A stretch of 64,000 bases of DNA. Origin: Klebsormidium nitens (taxonomy: Eukaryota; Plantae; Klebsormidiophyceae). The notes below the pieces were generated by a model, which had not been told where the DNA came from, ran no database searches, and worked only from the letters and a program-made list of their open reading frames with translations. The stretch is taken from positions 1-64,000 of the forward strand of contig DF237371.1 in the NCBI GenBank assembly GCA_000708835.1. Reading direction: 5' to 3'. Shown in pieces: positions 24,587 to 35,824 of this stretch; within the stretch, counting starts at the first letter, position 1; each line of letters begins with the position of its first letter. The position numbers were made by a program, and so were the translations under genes.

Positions 24587-25010
24587 GTGCATGAGCCTAA
24601 TGAAACAGCGTTCAGCGAGGATGCAGTTGTAACCCGGAGCATCGTAGATAACATACGAGCATTCTAGGCAGATGGCAATTAGTGGCAATGAAGGTGGTAA
24701 TATATAGCGCGTGTACTTCGGGAACATAGTCAAACGCTAGTCACTGTCAGCAGCAGCTGAGTAGGAAACTGGTTCGCACAAGCTTGCAATGGTCACAATT
24801 TGAGATATACTATCGATCCATGATGGCGACTTTAGTACAGGCGGCCTGGCGGCACCATTTCACGTGTACATATGCTGAGATATAAATCGCACAGGTTGTG
24901 ATTGTGGATTAGGGCCGCCAGGCCGCCGATACTAAAGTCGCCATCGTAATGGTGCATGCAAGGCACCGCAGTAGAGCAACGATATTGGCGCGCTCTCTAG
25001 GCTCATGCAC
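24587..25010. mobile_element. Non-coding element with nested inverted repeats (MITE/foldback-like)
   Basis: Outer 13-bp perfect inverted repeat GTGCATGAGCCTA (24587-24599) / TAGGCTCATGCAC (24998-25010). Inner ~34-bp inverted repeat at 24822-24855 / 24912-24945. No target-site duplication recognised. Confidence 0.45.
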
Positions 25011-25641
25011 TAATTAATATATAGTAGGTCCATGTAGCTAGCTGATTCGACCATGTCAGATTTAGAACGTGGCCCGAATGTTATATAAAAACTCACATGC
25101 ATCTTCATGGCGCCTACGGTGAACGTGCAGGTATATGCGAGCACTTGGAACACCATGATAGTGATTTTTCGGACTTAATTGGCGGCCATCGCTGCAACAT
25201 GATCCTGGCATAATCAACATTAAGTTAAGTGCAACACTATAACTGCATGCATGATCAAAAGACGGCCGGGGGATGTATACATGGTCACTGTGTATATTCC
25301 GAAGCAGCAATCAAAATTGCACATGGAATTCAGTTTTGACTCCGCCCCGGGTGCATGAACGAAGCGCCAAACGTAATAAGCTTGATCTTTTTTTCGGGTA
25401 AGGTTATCCAGGCAGATGAAACCCCGTCTAAGCACAGTTTGACAGTTTCACTCTCCAGAGTCCGTTCTGCTCTGAGACTCAGAGCTGACTAACTAACATG
25501 ATGGTATAGCTGATTAGCAAGGGCGCGCATGCTTGCCTGCAGTGATTCGTGGCGCACTTTCTTCTGGATGCTTTTTCTAAAGGCGGCCAGCGGGATCGCA
25601 GGTCATAACTAAGAGTGCGTGAAAGCAGGGAGGGGCTGATT

Positions 25642-28600
25642 CTAAACACCGATCAACCGCTTGTACCGGAGCCACGCCATGACGGCCGCAAAGAGCGCAA
25701 TGCAACAGAGCGTTGTGATGATGACAACCTGCGAAACGGAAAGGAAAGTGGATCAGGGTTTGGAAACACACTCAATTTTTCAGCAGCAAGAGTTTCCGAG
25801 CTTTTGCAACGTCCGCACATACTTGCAGAGTCGCAATTCGGGGGTCGCACCGGCCAGCAATCGTCATCGAAGCTGCTGTCGACTTATGTTCGACCAGCGA
25901 CTATTTCAACGGAGCGCGTCTTCCTTGGCTTCGCATGTTTTTTTTGTACAGTCCTCAGCGCAAGGACCCCGCCGGCATTAGCAAGATAGAAATCGAACGC
26001 GAAGAGGCCAGAATGATGAGCTGAGCCCCTGAAAGGCCAAGTCATCAGGGGCCGGGAGGGGCACGCCGCTCCAGGAAGGCGGGGCACAAGCCAGCTCACG
26101 CATCTGCAGGCTGATAACAAACAGGTGCTCCAACATGAAAGATTGAATCACTCACCCATTTAAAAGCGGGTCCCTGTTCGTTGTACGTGAACGGGATATT
26201 CATTCCGAAGGTGCCCGCGACCGCTGATGCAATTGCCATGAGGGCGGTCGTCACACTCATGATCATTTCGACCTGAGAAACAGCAGCGAACAAAGCGTTG
26301 TGAAGGGATCCGACTGCGGTCGACGGCCTTACGAAGTCGGTTCTTGGGGAGGCACGTACGCTCCTGGCTCCGGCACGGAATACTGAAGCATCACTCATAC
26401 GTGGTTCAAAACAACCTGCTGAATCCTCAGCGCACAATCGCAGAACTTACGGCCAGACTTATTGGTCGATTTGACTTCGAAATCTGGCGACGTTGACTCT
26501 GCGGGGTTGACTGCATTTTCTTGCCGCTAGTATTGCGCAACAGTATGGTGGCTTCTTTGAAATGCTTCTCAAAGATTTGGCCCGCTGTGCAAAGAGAAAC
26601 ACGAGCAGAGGCAGTCTTCGTGTGCGCTCACCCGGATAAGCTGGTTTCGTACGTGATCCAACTGGATGTTCACGTAGTCCTCCGTATCGTCGATGTATTC
26701 CCGCAGCTGTGCAACGACAAAAGTGCCACAAGTCAATGCTCAAGCAGAACGACAAGCCCAAAGCTGGCTACTGGGCAATCGCGGCCATTGCATGATGAAC
26801 TGAGGCAAACGCGTCCGAACGTTCCGCAAGCCAATCTAAGCGACTGATACAGCTCAATTGTAAAAAGAGGACACCGGCTCTTTCACTCAGGAGACACCCT
26901 CCAGACTCCGTCTGACGTTTCTGGCATAGTTCTGTGCGTGGAACCAGTTCATGCAGGATCCTTCCCGAGAATGCCGAGTTGGTCGAGCGTCACGTCAGTC
27001 TGCGAAAAGACTCTGACCGCTTGCGGGGGCAAGCACAAACCCTCCAGGCAAAGCTGTCCTGCGGCTTTCTCAAGCAAGGCCCCTTCTTCCCCATCCAATC
27101 GTGACGAACAACTCGATATTCTCAAGCACCCAAGCACCCAAGCACCCCCCCGCTCCCTTTCTCTCACCGTGTTGAGCTTGTTGAGCGTGACGTCGATCTG
27201 CGAGTAGTACACCTCCAGCAGCATCTCCAGCTCCTCCACGTCCTCCGCCCCCTCGCCCGTGCTGCGCGTCGTGTGCGTGGCCGTGCGCGGCGCGTACGTC
27301 TTCGACGCGACGCTCGCGCTGAACGCGTCCGCGGCCGCGAGCGACGGCGAGTGCGGCGAGCGCGGGGACGAGAGCGCGCTGAAGTTGAAGGCCTGCTTGC
27401 GGGACAGGTACAGCTCCGCCATGTCGTCGTCGTCGTCCAGCAGCTGCTCCAGCTCGTCGCGCACCTGGAGGGGGGGAACGGAGGGCTTTGTTAAAGGGGG
27501 AGGGGGGGGTGGGTGGGCGGCCATAGTTGCGTTGTCAAAGACACCCCCTGGCGCGAGGAAAGGGGAGCTTTGTCTAGAGGGAAAGAGACTGTAATGTAAT
27601 GTTAAAGAGACCGCCTTGGAGAGAGTGTCTCAGCAGCTGCTCCAGCTCGTCGCGCACCTGGAGGGGGGGGGACGGAGGGCCTCTTTAAGGGGGAAGGAGG
27701 CCTGTGGGACAGCGTCAAAGAGGCCCCTTTGAAGAAGAACGTCAAGCAGCTGCTCCAGCTCGTCGCGCACCTAGAGGGGCAGCGGAAACGGAGGGCTTTG
27801 TTTAGGGACAGCGGGGGCCTCTGAGATAGCATCAAAGATACCACCTGGGAGGAAAACGTTCAGCAGCTGCTCCGGGTCGTCGTGCACTTGGCGGGGGGGA
27901 CACGGAGGGCTTTGTTTAGGAACGGGGGGTGCCTGTGATACGTCAACGACACCCCCTTGAAGACAAACGTCCAGCAGCTGTATTTGCTCGTTGCGCACCT
28001 GCGGGGGAACACGGAGGGTCTCTTTTAGGGGAGGGGAGGGCTGTGATTCTGCGTCAAAGATACTTCTTGGAGAATGTGAGTGGCCCCTTCACAGCAGCTG
28101 CTCGAGCTCGTCACGCATCTTAAAGGAGGGCGCGAAGACAGGCCGTGTTGACGAGCTGGCACCCACCTGCAAACGGACGCCCGTAGAAGGGAAGCTAAAG
28201 GCGGCAGAGCGCAGAGGAGGTTTGTCACTCGTCCGCATCCGGATTGAGCACAAGGGAGGATAGACTAGAAGACTGACGAAGCAAGCACTGCATGTGCTTC
28301 GCTCGCAAAACTGATACTCCAAAAACATTTGTTCAAGCCTGGTGTCAACGATCAAGGGGGAGGAAGGCCCGCTCACCTTATGGACTCGTGTTGAGAGGCG
28401 CGTCATCCGACTCTTCATCCTCCGCACCTTCTCCAGGTTCAGGCTGCTGACCTGGCAGGCGAGAAAGGAGTTGAAGGTCAGCTCTGGAAGATTGAACAGC
28501 GGAGGCACTCGCAAGCGGAGTAAAGTGACGCACAACGGGAGGCTGGAGCGAAGTATTATCAAAAATTGACAGAAGCGGGGTCGAGCCGCAAAACTCATCG

Positions 28601-30115
28601 AGCTCAAGGCCATTCCACATGCGCTCAGCTTTTCGACACCACCTCAAATGCCTGAGTCATTAGAAAAAGGCTTCGCGAAAGTACACGGTCTACATCCAAC
28701 TTTCGAAGTTGGGGCCTTGTTGAAAGAAAGGATCGTACCTTGTTGGTGAGCTCATCCAGGACGGGATATGCTTCGGACTCCAGCTCCGTTGTCCGCGCGT
28801 CTAAAAAGCTGCACGCGGCCTCGAGAGCGACCTCCAAGGCCCGGAACTCGAACGGCAGCACTGCACAACGGAAGTCGGACAGGAATTAGAAGTGGCGCCA
28901 AAGATAGTTGTGTGGCCGTTACACTGGTTCGACATCGAAAACAAGATCGGCCTTCCTTGTTGTCGATACATCTTCCCGAGAGCTCCCACACTCAAACTGC
29001 ATAACAAATGCTTCGGCAATATACTGGATCCTGCAACCACGCGGAAGCCACACAGATTGTCTGCTCGACAACAGAAAAGACAGGGCGTGTCTCACATGCA
29101 TAGAATCTTTATCGTCGGACCAGTCTATCTTTATCTAGCCCAGAATCCGTTAGACAATCGCACTCGTTCAGCTTCAGAATCAGTCTCGACCGGAAAGAGC
29201 GCCGCGCCCTCACACTCTGCATCGTCCGCAGGTGCTCTCTCGTGGCCGGGCCCTGCTTGGGGCGGGCTGGCGTTGGCCCTGTTTGTGTCGCTGTCGTAGT
29301 CGCTGCCGATCCCGCCTATGTTCAGCCGCCGCTTGAACTCCTCCACCAGGGGCACCATCGCCTCCTCCTGGCCGTTCCGCAGGAGCACCTCCTCCGCCGT
29401 GATGATCGCCTTGATGTGCTGCAGAGAAAACAGCACCGCTGATCTCTACACACTTGTGACGTAAGCATCTGAGCAACGTCATTGCACGCACGTTTTCACA
29501 ATGGAGAAGCATGTAGACTGGAATCTGAACAAAAGCGGGACGATTTTCTGCTTTCCCAGTGAGCGAGTCTAGCAGGTACCGTTCGACATCAACTGCAGTC
29601 AAAGAAGCCAGCAACGTGCCTCTCTGTTCACAGACACCGCCCTCCGAGCCGGCTTTGTTCCGACCCGAAAACGAGGGCACAAAAAGAACGAGGATGGAAG
29701 CCTCTGCATAGGGAGCGACAGCTTCCAGCCAGACGTTTGCCAGCCGTTCTTGACTCAAATGATACGGGCGTTTCGACGCAAAACAAACTCTCTAGGCCTG
29801 CTTCTGCGAGGCCGTAAAGTCAAAGCCCAAACCTTACAGTACGAACCTTCAGACAATCCGGCCCCTCACCTCCAGATTGACCACGATGGCCTTCTCTCGC
29901 CCCAGAATAGTGGAGGGGTACGACAGGAACGGATCCAGGATGCGGAGGTCGCGCGCATGAATCCCTGCCCGGTGCATGATCTCATGTTTGTCGGCCTCAA
30001 ACACGAGCGCACTACCGTCCGCATCGAACCGCAACCACGTCCGGTGCGCCTGCTGCGGCTTCCGCGGCTTGGCAGGGAGGGCCTGCACGTCCACATTTGA
30101 GGGGTAACCCTTCAT
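25642..30115 (-). CDS. MRS2: MRS2/CorA-family magnesium transporter
   Basis: Exons ~30115-29870 ([11 protein letters not shown]...[13 protein letters not shown]), ~29421-29214 ([13 protein letters not shown]), 28860-~28741 ([13 protein letters not shown]), ~28456-28377, 27464-~27168 ([32 protein letters not shown]), ~26720-26629 ([17 protein letters not shown]), ~26274-26158 (AGTFGMN, GMN signature), ~25728-25642. Confidence 0.95.
27438..28130 (-). repeat. Six-copy ~111-120 bp degenerate tandem array, each unit carrying a copy of the 3' splice site and first ~27 nt of the next MRS2 exon
   Basis: Plus-strand CAGCAGCTGCTCCAGCTCGTCGCGCACCTG-like cores at 27438 (real exon), 27631, 27744, 27861, 27972 and 28092, followed by shared GGAGGGC...TCAAAGA tracts. 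Confidence 0.9.
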
Positions 30116-31753
30116 GGTGCCGCCAGGGGCATGGGACCCCCCGTTGAGTTACGAGAGTCTGGAGAGTCCCCCTACCACATTGGGCAGGGCTGCAAGTGGA
30201 AGGAAATGTCAAGGTTTGAACCCTCAAGCATCGAAAAGGGTCGTTTTTCTGTGCGTCTCAAAAACAGCTGACTTCTAGATGCTGCTATCCTTTCCGCTCA
30301 AGAGACGCCGTCCGTTGCTGCCTGGTGCTGTAGATTGACCTTTGGGTTGGAATGATTAGAGTAAGTGGCGGATGCATTTGAGAAGCTTTGATAAGAGCGG
30401 GCGCTCCAAGTTCGTTAGTCGAGAAGAGCCCAAGGTCTGGAAGGAGTCTGGAAGGTTCTTGTGTCTCTAAAAGTGGTGGGGGGCACACCACCTGTGGAAG
30501 CGGCAGCGAAGAGAGTGGGTGCCAAGTCTGCTTGTTCAATTTTCAGAACTTTTTGAAGCGAGCACAGGAGCGGACTGCCTTGTGAGCAAGAGGAATGCCT
30601 CGGCCACTATTGTGATCAAAGCGTCTGGTGTCCGTACAAGAGCCTCTTTGAGAAAGCACCAGATTGACAGATCGTCTAGTTTTTGTTCAGACTACACAAA
30701 GACGGACCCTGGAATGGAACGTGGTCGATGCCTTCACAGGCGCAAACAGAGCGTTCCAACCTACGTTTATGTTTGGCCCCCTTATTGTACTAGAGGACAG
30801 AACTCAAGTGGTGGTGCAGGTTCTCATCGAAGTTGAGGAGACTATCCGTGTGACAGAAACGTCGCCTCTACTAGCAGGTTACACACCACATGGGAGAGCG
30901 CAAGCTACTCTTCACAGCGCTTGCACGCAAGACATTCTGATGTGCTTACCTATGAAAAGTGACAGCTCAGCGGCCCCACTGAAGGTCCAGCTTGTGAAGA
31001 GATGCTCAATTGCAGCTGCTCAATCAATTTTGGAATCATGAATGGTCCAGTGAGCAGCATCGGAGGATAACAAACCTGCGCAGGTTGTGTATCCAGCGGC
31101 CAGATGCGGCCTCGCTGCGCATCCAGCCTGCGCCAATGGTGCCACCTTGAGCTCCCGCCAGACACCAATAGGCCAAGCGACGGTCTTGGATTTGAGCAGC
31201 TGAGAGATTTTCAGAAACCCTGCCCAATGCTTTTGAGTTTTTCAGTCGCTGAACGGCAGATGCGGCTGTCGGTGCTCTTAACTCGGCTTGTTTGTGTACG
31301 AAAATCCAAGATCAATTTGCCTCAAGGTTTCTGGATTTGGACACGCCGATTGCTTGAAAAGCAATCTCGAGTCGCACCGGTGAATGCAATTGGCTGAATG
31401 GAGAGCTCCCTAGGGTGATGCTGAAAGCTTCGTGAGAGAAATTCAAGAAGGAAGAGATGGTTCTTCGTTTGTAGAAGTACGGTAAAGAAGCAGCTGCGGA
31501 CCTGATTCAACAATGTAAGACTTTAATGTGTTGATGCAGGATCGCCTGCCCCCCAACATTCACGAAAGTTTGCTGGCATGAAAATTGCGGCTTGCCAAAC
31601 AATGGCCCTGGGCGCCCAAGCCTAGGATAGGTGGTAAATGCCGGGCTGCCAGGAAAGCATATGCCAGTCTCTAGTGGTGCGCGCCGAGCATGCCTCGCTC
31701 TAGTTGTTGACACTGACAGTGCATGACATAGATCCTCGCTGTGCCAGCTCGGA

Positions 31754-32341
31754 TCAGCGCAGCCGTCCGATGACGTGTACGGTCGAAACCACCACCTCGA
31801 CTTGTGCTCTACACGGGGATCACTCAAAAGAGCACAAAGCAACCGCCCTCCTGCCACCAGCCTTTTGCAGTATTTCAGAATTGGTAGATCAGTTTATGGT
31901 AGATGACACCGGCCGCATGTCCCGGCCGCTTTTTGGGTCTTTGGAGGGGGTCAATCACATATCTCGGGCGTCTGACTAGGGTTAGAGGGGACCGATTCTG
32001 AAGATGCTGACCGGTCAATGATGGACAGTTGTTGCGCAACGGAGGACAGCCGATTGGTCAGCGAGGCGATGGTCTTGACTCTTCCAGCGCGTTGGTCAAA
32101 ACCATCAGGGGCGTCCTCCTCGGGGAGCAGGCTGTGCAGACTCCAGAGGGTGGACGAGCATGAGGCTGAGGGTCAGCATTTGAGGGGCGCCATCTTTTGC
32201 CCAGACCATTTCGAAAATTTTAACCTTTCCATGTAGGTACCTAGAGCAGTTCTTAAGAGCTTGGAAGTGAACGTAGCAGGGGCTTCGGCACCTTCCCACA
32301 CGTCTCTTGGAAAGCAATCTCCACGTGCTTCTGGCTGCCAT
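31754..32341 (-). CDS. Candidate small (~91 aa) three-exon protein of unknown function
   Basis: Model 32341-32241, 32131-32012, 31808-31754 has GT-AG junctions and an open frame: MAARSTWRLLSKRR...LLPEEDAPDGFDQRAGRVKTIASLTNRLSSVAQQLSIIDRAQVEVVVSTVHVIGRLR*. No family recognised, and the ATG lies only ~55 bp from the DGAT3-like ATG. Confidence 0.25.
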
Positions 32342-32395
32342 TTCATCTTCCCACCAAAAACATCCAGGCTTGGGGGTCGGAGACCGAGTTGAACC

Positions 32396-34166
32396 ATGGC
32401 TTTTGTGGGTGCGGTTGATCGAGTCACTTCAGTCCATGCAACGATTGTTGGGCGGAGCCTGGAAGCAGGCCGACGGAATGGGGAGCGATTGGCTGGCCCT
32501 GCCCCACTTATGCGGAGCCAGGCAGACGAGGGAATGCCTGGGGTCTGTTCAACTAGTGGCAGGACTCACCTCAGAAGTCCAGGCTTCCGGCGGCGAGCCA
32601 CCGCTCCTTTGTTTGCCGAGACAGGGCATGAGGAGTTCTACAGTGGTGCTGTTGTTGGCAAGAGAGGGCTGACGAGGACGAGCGTTACGGCCTCGGCGGT
32701 TCTGCGAGAGGGCCAACTCGACGACATCTATCAGAGGGCCAGAGATCTTGGTCGGGCGGAAGATGTGGCTGCAGGCCATCCAACACAGGTGAGTGAACAG
32801 AGTTTGCGCTTGTACTCATTGGGGTGGTATTTGAGGTGAACCCGCTCATATTGCGAGGTGGAGCACGTTCCACTAGCTGGGGGCATATCTGTTACTTTTC
32901 ACAGTCAACGTGTCAGCCTCTCTGGTTGCTGGAAGCTGATGAGAGTCGATGAGAGCCGATGGGAGCTGATTGGGCACCCCTTGCTGGCCTAGCGAGAGGG
33001 CTTAAGACTGCGTGTTTTCATGCTAGGTGTCAGGTTACTGGTGTAAACCCATCTGTTTGCAGTACTCTCTCCCCATTGCACATTAGTCTGGTCGGTCAGA
33101 TCAACGCTGTCGATGATGACAATGCTGCTTATTCATAAAAGAAATATCAATGAGTTGGCCCATTCAATTTTGATGAAGCTGGAGTGTCCTTTGCGCTCTC
33201 CTTAAGTGAAGCTGACCAAGAACCCATGTGTACTTTTGGATGTCGCTATTGCGGCTGTCAGTCTTGAGCTTGGTTTCAAAGCAGTGAGTACGCAGGGAAG
33301 TTCTGCTTCTTCCTGTTGAAGGGTTTCTGCAGTCGTCAGAGGCTACAGCCATTTCTGTTTGTATCCTAACCACAGCAATCAAAGCCTCTGAACCTTTGAA
33401 TCTTTTCCACCTTCCCCGGTCTCATTCATCTTTGAGTTCTAACATGCCTGTTAACTCTGTTGTTCTGCAGGAGGGCTTTCTGGCGCTGTCCACAGAGGTC
33501 AGGGAGATGCGGAAGCAGCTGAACAGCATGGAGAAGGCCATGCGCAAGATGAAGGATTCATCGTCCTCATCAAGCAGCAGCAGCAGCAGCAGCTCCTCCT
33601 CCAGCAGTAGTGACGACGGGATGGGAAAGAGCGTACGAAAGGCCATGAAGCTGGAGGCCAAGCGGCGGAAGGCTGACAGGAAGGCAGCGAGCAAGGGCCT
33701 GAAAGGGCTTCGAGCGAGGGCGGGGGCGTTGATGATGGACCGGATGGGGGCCGTCGACGGTCTTCAAAGGGAGGCTGCGGCTGTCGGGGTAATGACGAGC
33801 ACAGATGTGCTGAGGGTCGCAGCGGCGAAGTCAGCGGTCAAAGCGGGGAAGGTGGAAGTGTGCATGAGCGGCAAGTGCCGGAAGTATGGGGGTATGGGCA
33901 TTCTCCAAGCGGTGAATGCGGCGTTGCCTGCAGGGTCTGCTGTTGAGGCCAGCCCTTGCAAGTGCCTAGGGAAGTGCGGGTCTGGACCTAATGTAAAAGT
34001 ACGGCCAGAAGGAACGAGCTCGACGCTGCACACCCATGTGGAGCCGAACGATGTGGAGGCCATTTTATGGCGCCATTTTGGCCTTGAGAAGAGTGGACAA
34101 CGGCCGTTGGGCCCGAGGATCCCTGCGGTCGCATCCGCGAGCAAAATGCTGGAGCTTGTGAGTTAG
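32396..34166 (+). CDS. DGAT3: DGAT3-like protein with C-terminal thioredoxin-like [2Fe-2S] ferredoxin domain
   Basis: Exons 32396-32788 and 33471-34166. Transit-peptide-like N-terminus, poly-Ser tract, basic KKxK-rich region, VEVCMSGKCRKYGG and CKCLGKCGSGPNVKV, the plant DGAT3 Cys pattern. Confidence 0.8.
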
Positions 34167-35824
34167 GAGAGTCTGCGGTTTTGCCGTTGAGCGCATTGCT
34201 TTTGAGATCAATCGAGAAACTTAGGTTGAGATGCTTTGTAAGTCGGTTGGGTTGGAGGAGGAGTAGCTTTGTGTACCATAACCTGAGCCAATTTGATCAT
34301 CAGGCTAGGCCTCGCTCGCAAATTGATTTGATTCCATGGAGAGTTCACCCGCTGTGCCCCACTATTCAAGGGCTTTCATTCAGTCCCGTTGGACATCAAG
34401 ACAAAAGTGACGTTGTCAAGACATGAGTTAGAGCAATAAAATTGATTCAATCTTAAAAGGTGCTGCCAAACCAGCTTTGCACTCTAGTGGTCTCATCTGT
34501 TGTATCCAATCAATGGACCGTGGCTATAGCCTGTGCAGATTGCATATGTTGCTGCCCCCAATAAACCGAGTGATCTTGCTTGATACTGTTTGACAAACAT
34601 ACCGACAATTATAAATACAGCTAGGCCTCCCTCCTTGCCAATGTCCTCGCATGTCAAGTTTTGTTGCTCGTGTAGCTGGATCAACACATTTCAGACCCTT
34701 CTCAAAGTTGCCAGTGAGGAGTTCTGCTTGCCAGTGAGGAGTTCTGCAACGACATGAACCGCGCTCAGCTCTTGTCCTCGAGCATGCGCATATGGGACTG
34801 TGTACATACCTAACATAATGCCCCCTTGTTGCATCAAAGAGCTCGTGGCAAGTTAGGCCTACCTATAGGAGAAGCAGAGTGGCCTGACCGATCGGGTTGA
34901 CGCGTACATCTACCAAATGCACATCGTAGTGACTACTGGGTATTGAAAGCAGCAAGCGCTTCCCTTGGAAAGCACTGGAACTTGGAAGTAACTTAGTGGG
35001 TCGGTGGCGTCGAAACTATTTCAAAATCAAATAAAGTCTGGTAAACTTAGACTTCAATCGTCGTGTGGGCCTGGTGGTCATCAGTAGGATTTATGAGCTT
35101 CAACCCGTGTGCTTGGCACGAGAGGCTGCATTTGGGTCTCAAAACTTCCAGGCAGTCCCAACTGGTAAGACCCCAAAGTTGCCCAAACAATCTTGAATCA
35201 CCACTCGAGCACTGCTGTATCGTACCTAGTCCGGCAAAGTACTGTACACTGTAGTACGGTACATACTACAGCCTACAGGAGCATATTTTTCCAAAACTCA
35301 TTGGATTTTCAGATTCTGCATGCCTCTAGAAAGAACCTGATTGGTCATATTTTCCTCGATGAAAGCTTTGGGCACTATGAGCCGTTAGATGATATTTCGG
35401 TTCATACTGGGTAACTGGGCATCTTGCAGATCCCTGTAAAATCAGCACAAAATCCCGTAGCAAGTTACAACTTACAACACATAGGGTAAATATTAAATGA
35501 TTATTTGGCCTGACGAATTCCGCTGGAAAATATTCTGGGCGGTAATGGACCGATAATGGTTTTGTTTAGCAGGTAACGCTAGGGCTGCCGAAACCCGCAA
35601 ACGTTTCATATTTAATTATCTGGCGTCGAACCTGACGAAATTAAACGCTGGTACGGTATCTAACATTGCTCTGCATGCACATTGCAAGGCCCCGGCTGGG
35701 CGTTGAAAGTTTTGAGTCAGAGCAAGGAGATTCAAGAGCGCCCATAAACCAGCTGAGGCCTAGGGGCTACCTCTCTGTTTATGAAAGTTGACGTGAGCCC
35801 CGTGCGGCATCACTTCCTCGCACA

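Noticed and set aside
27438-28130. CRISPR-like look (30-bp repeats with ~85-bp spacers)
   Set aside because: The repeats are copies of a coding exon junction, the spacers are homologous to each other, the context is eukaryotic and no cas genes are present.
30519-31230. Several 70-125 aa ORFs between MRS2 and the DGAT3-like gene
   Set aside because: No consistent exon chain or family similarity. Probably UTR, intron or intergenic sequence.
33566-33611. AGC/TCC-rich microsatellite-like tract
   Set aside because: It encodes the poly-Ser linker that is usual in DGAT3 proteins, not an independent repeat.
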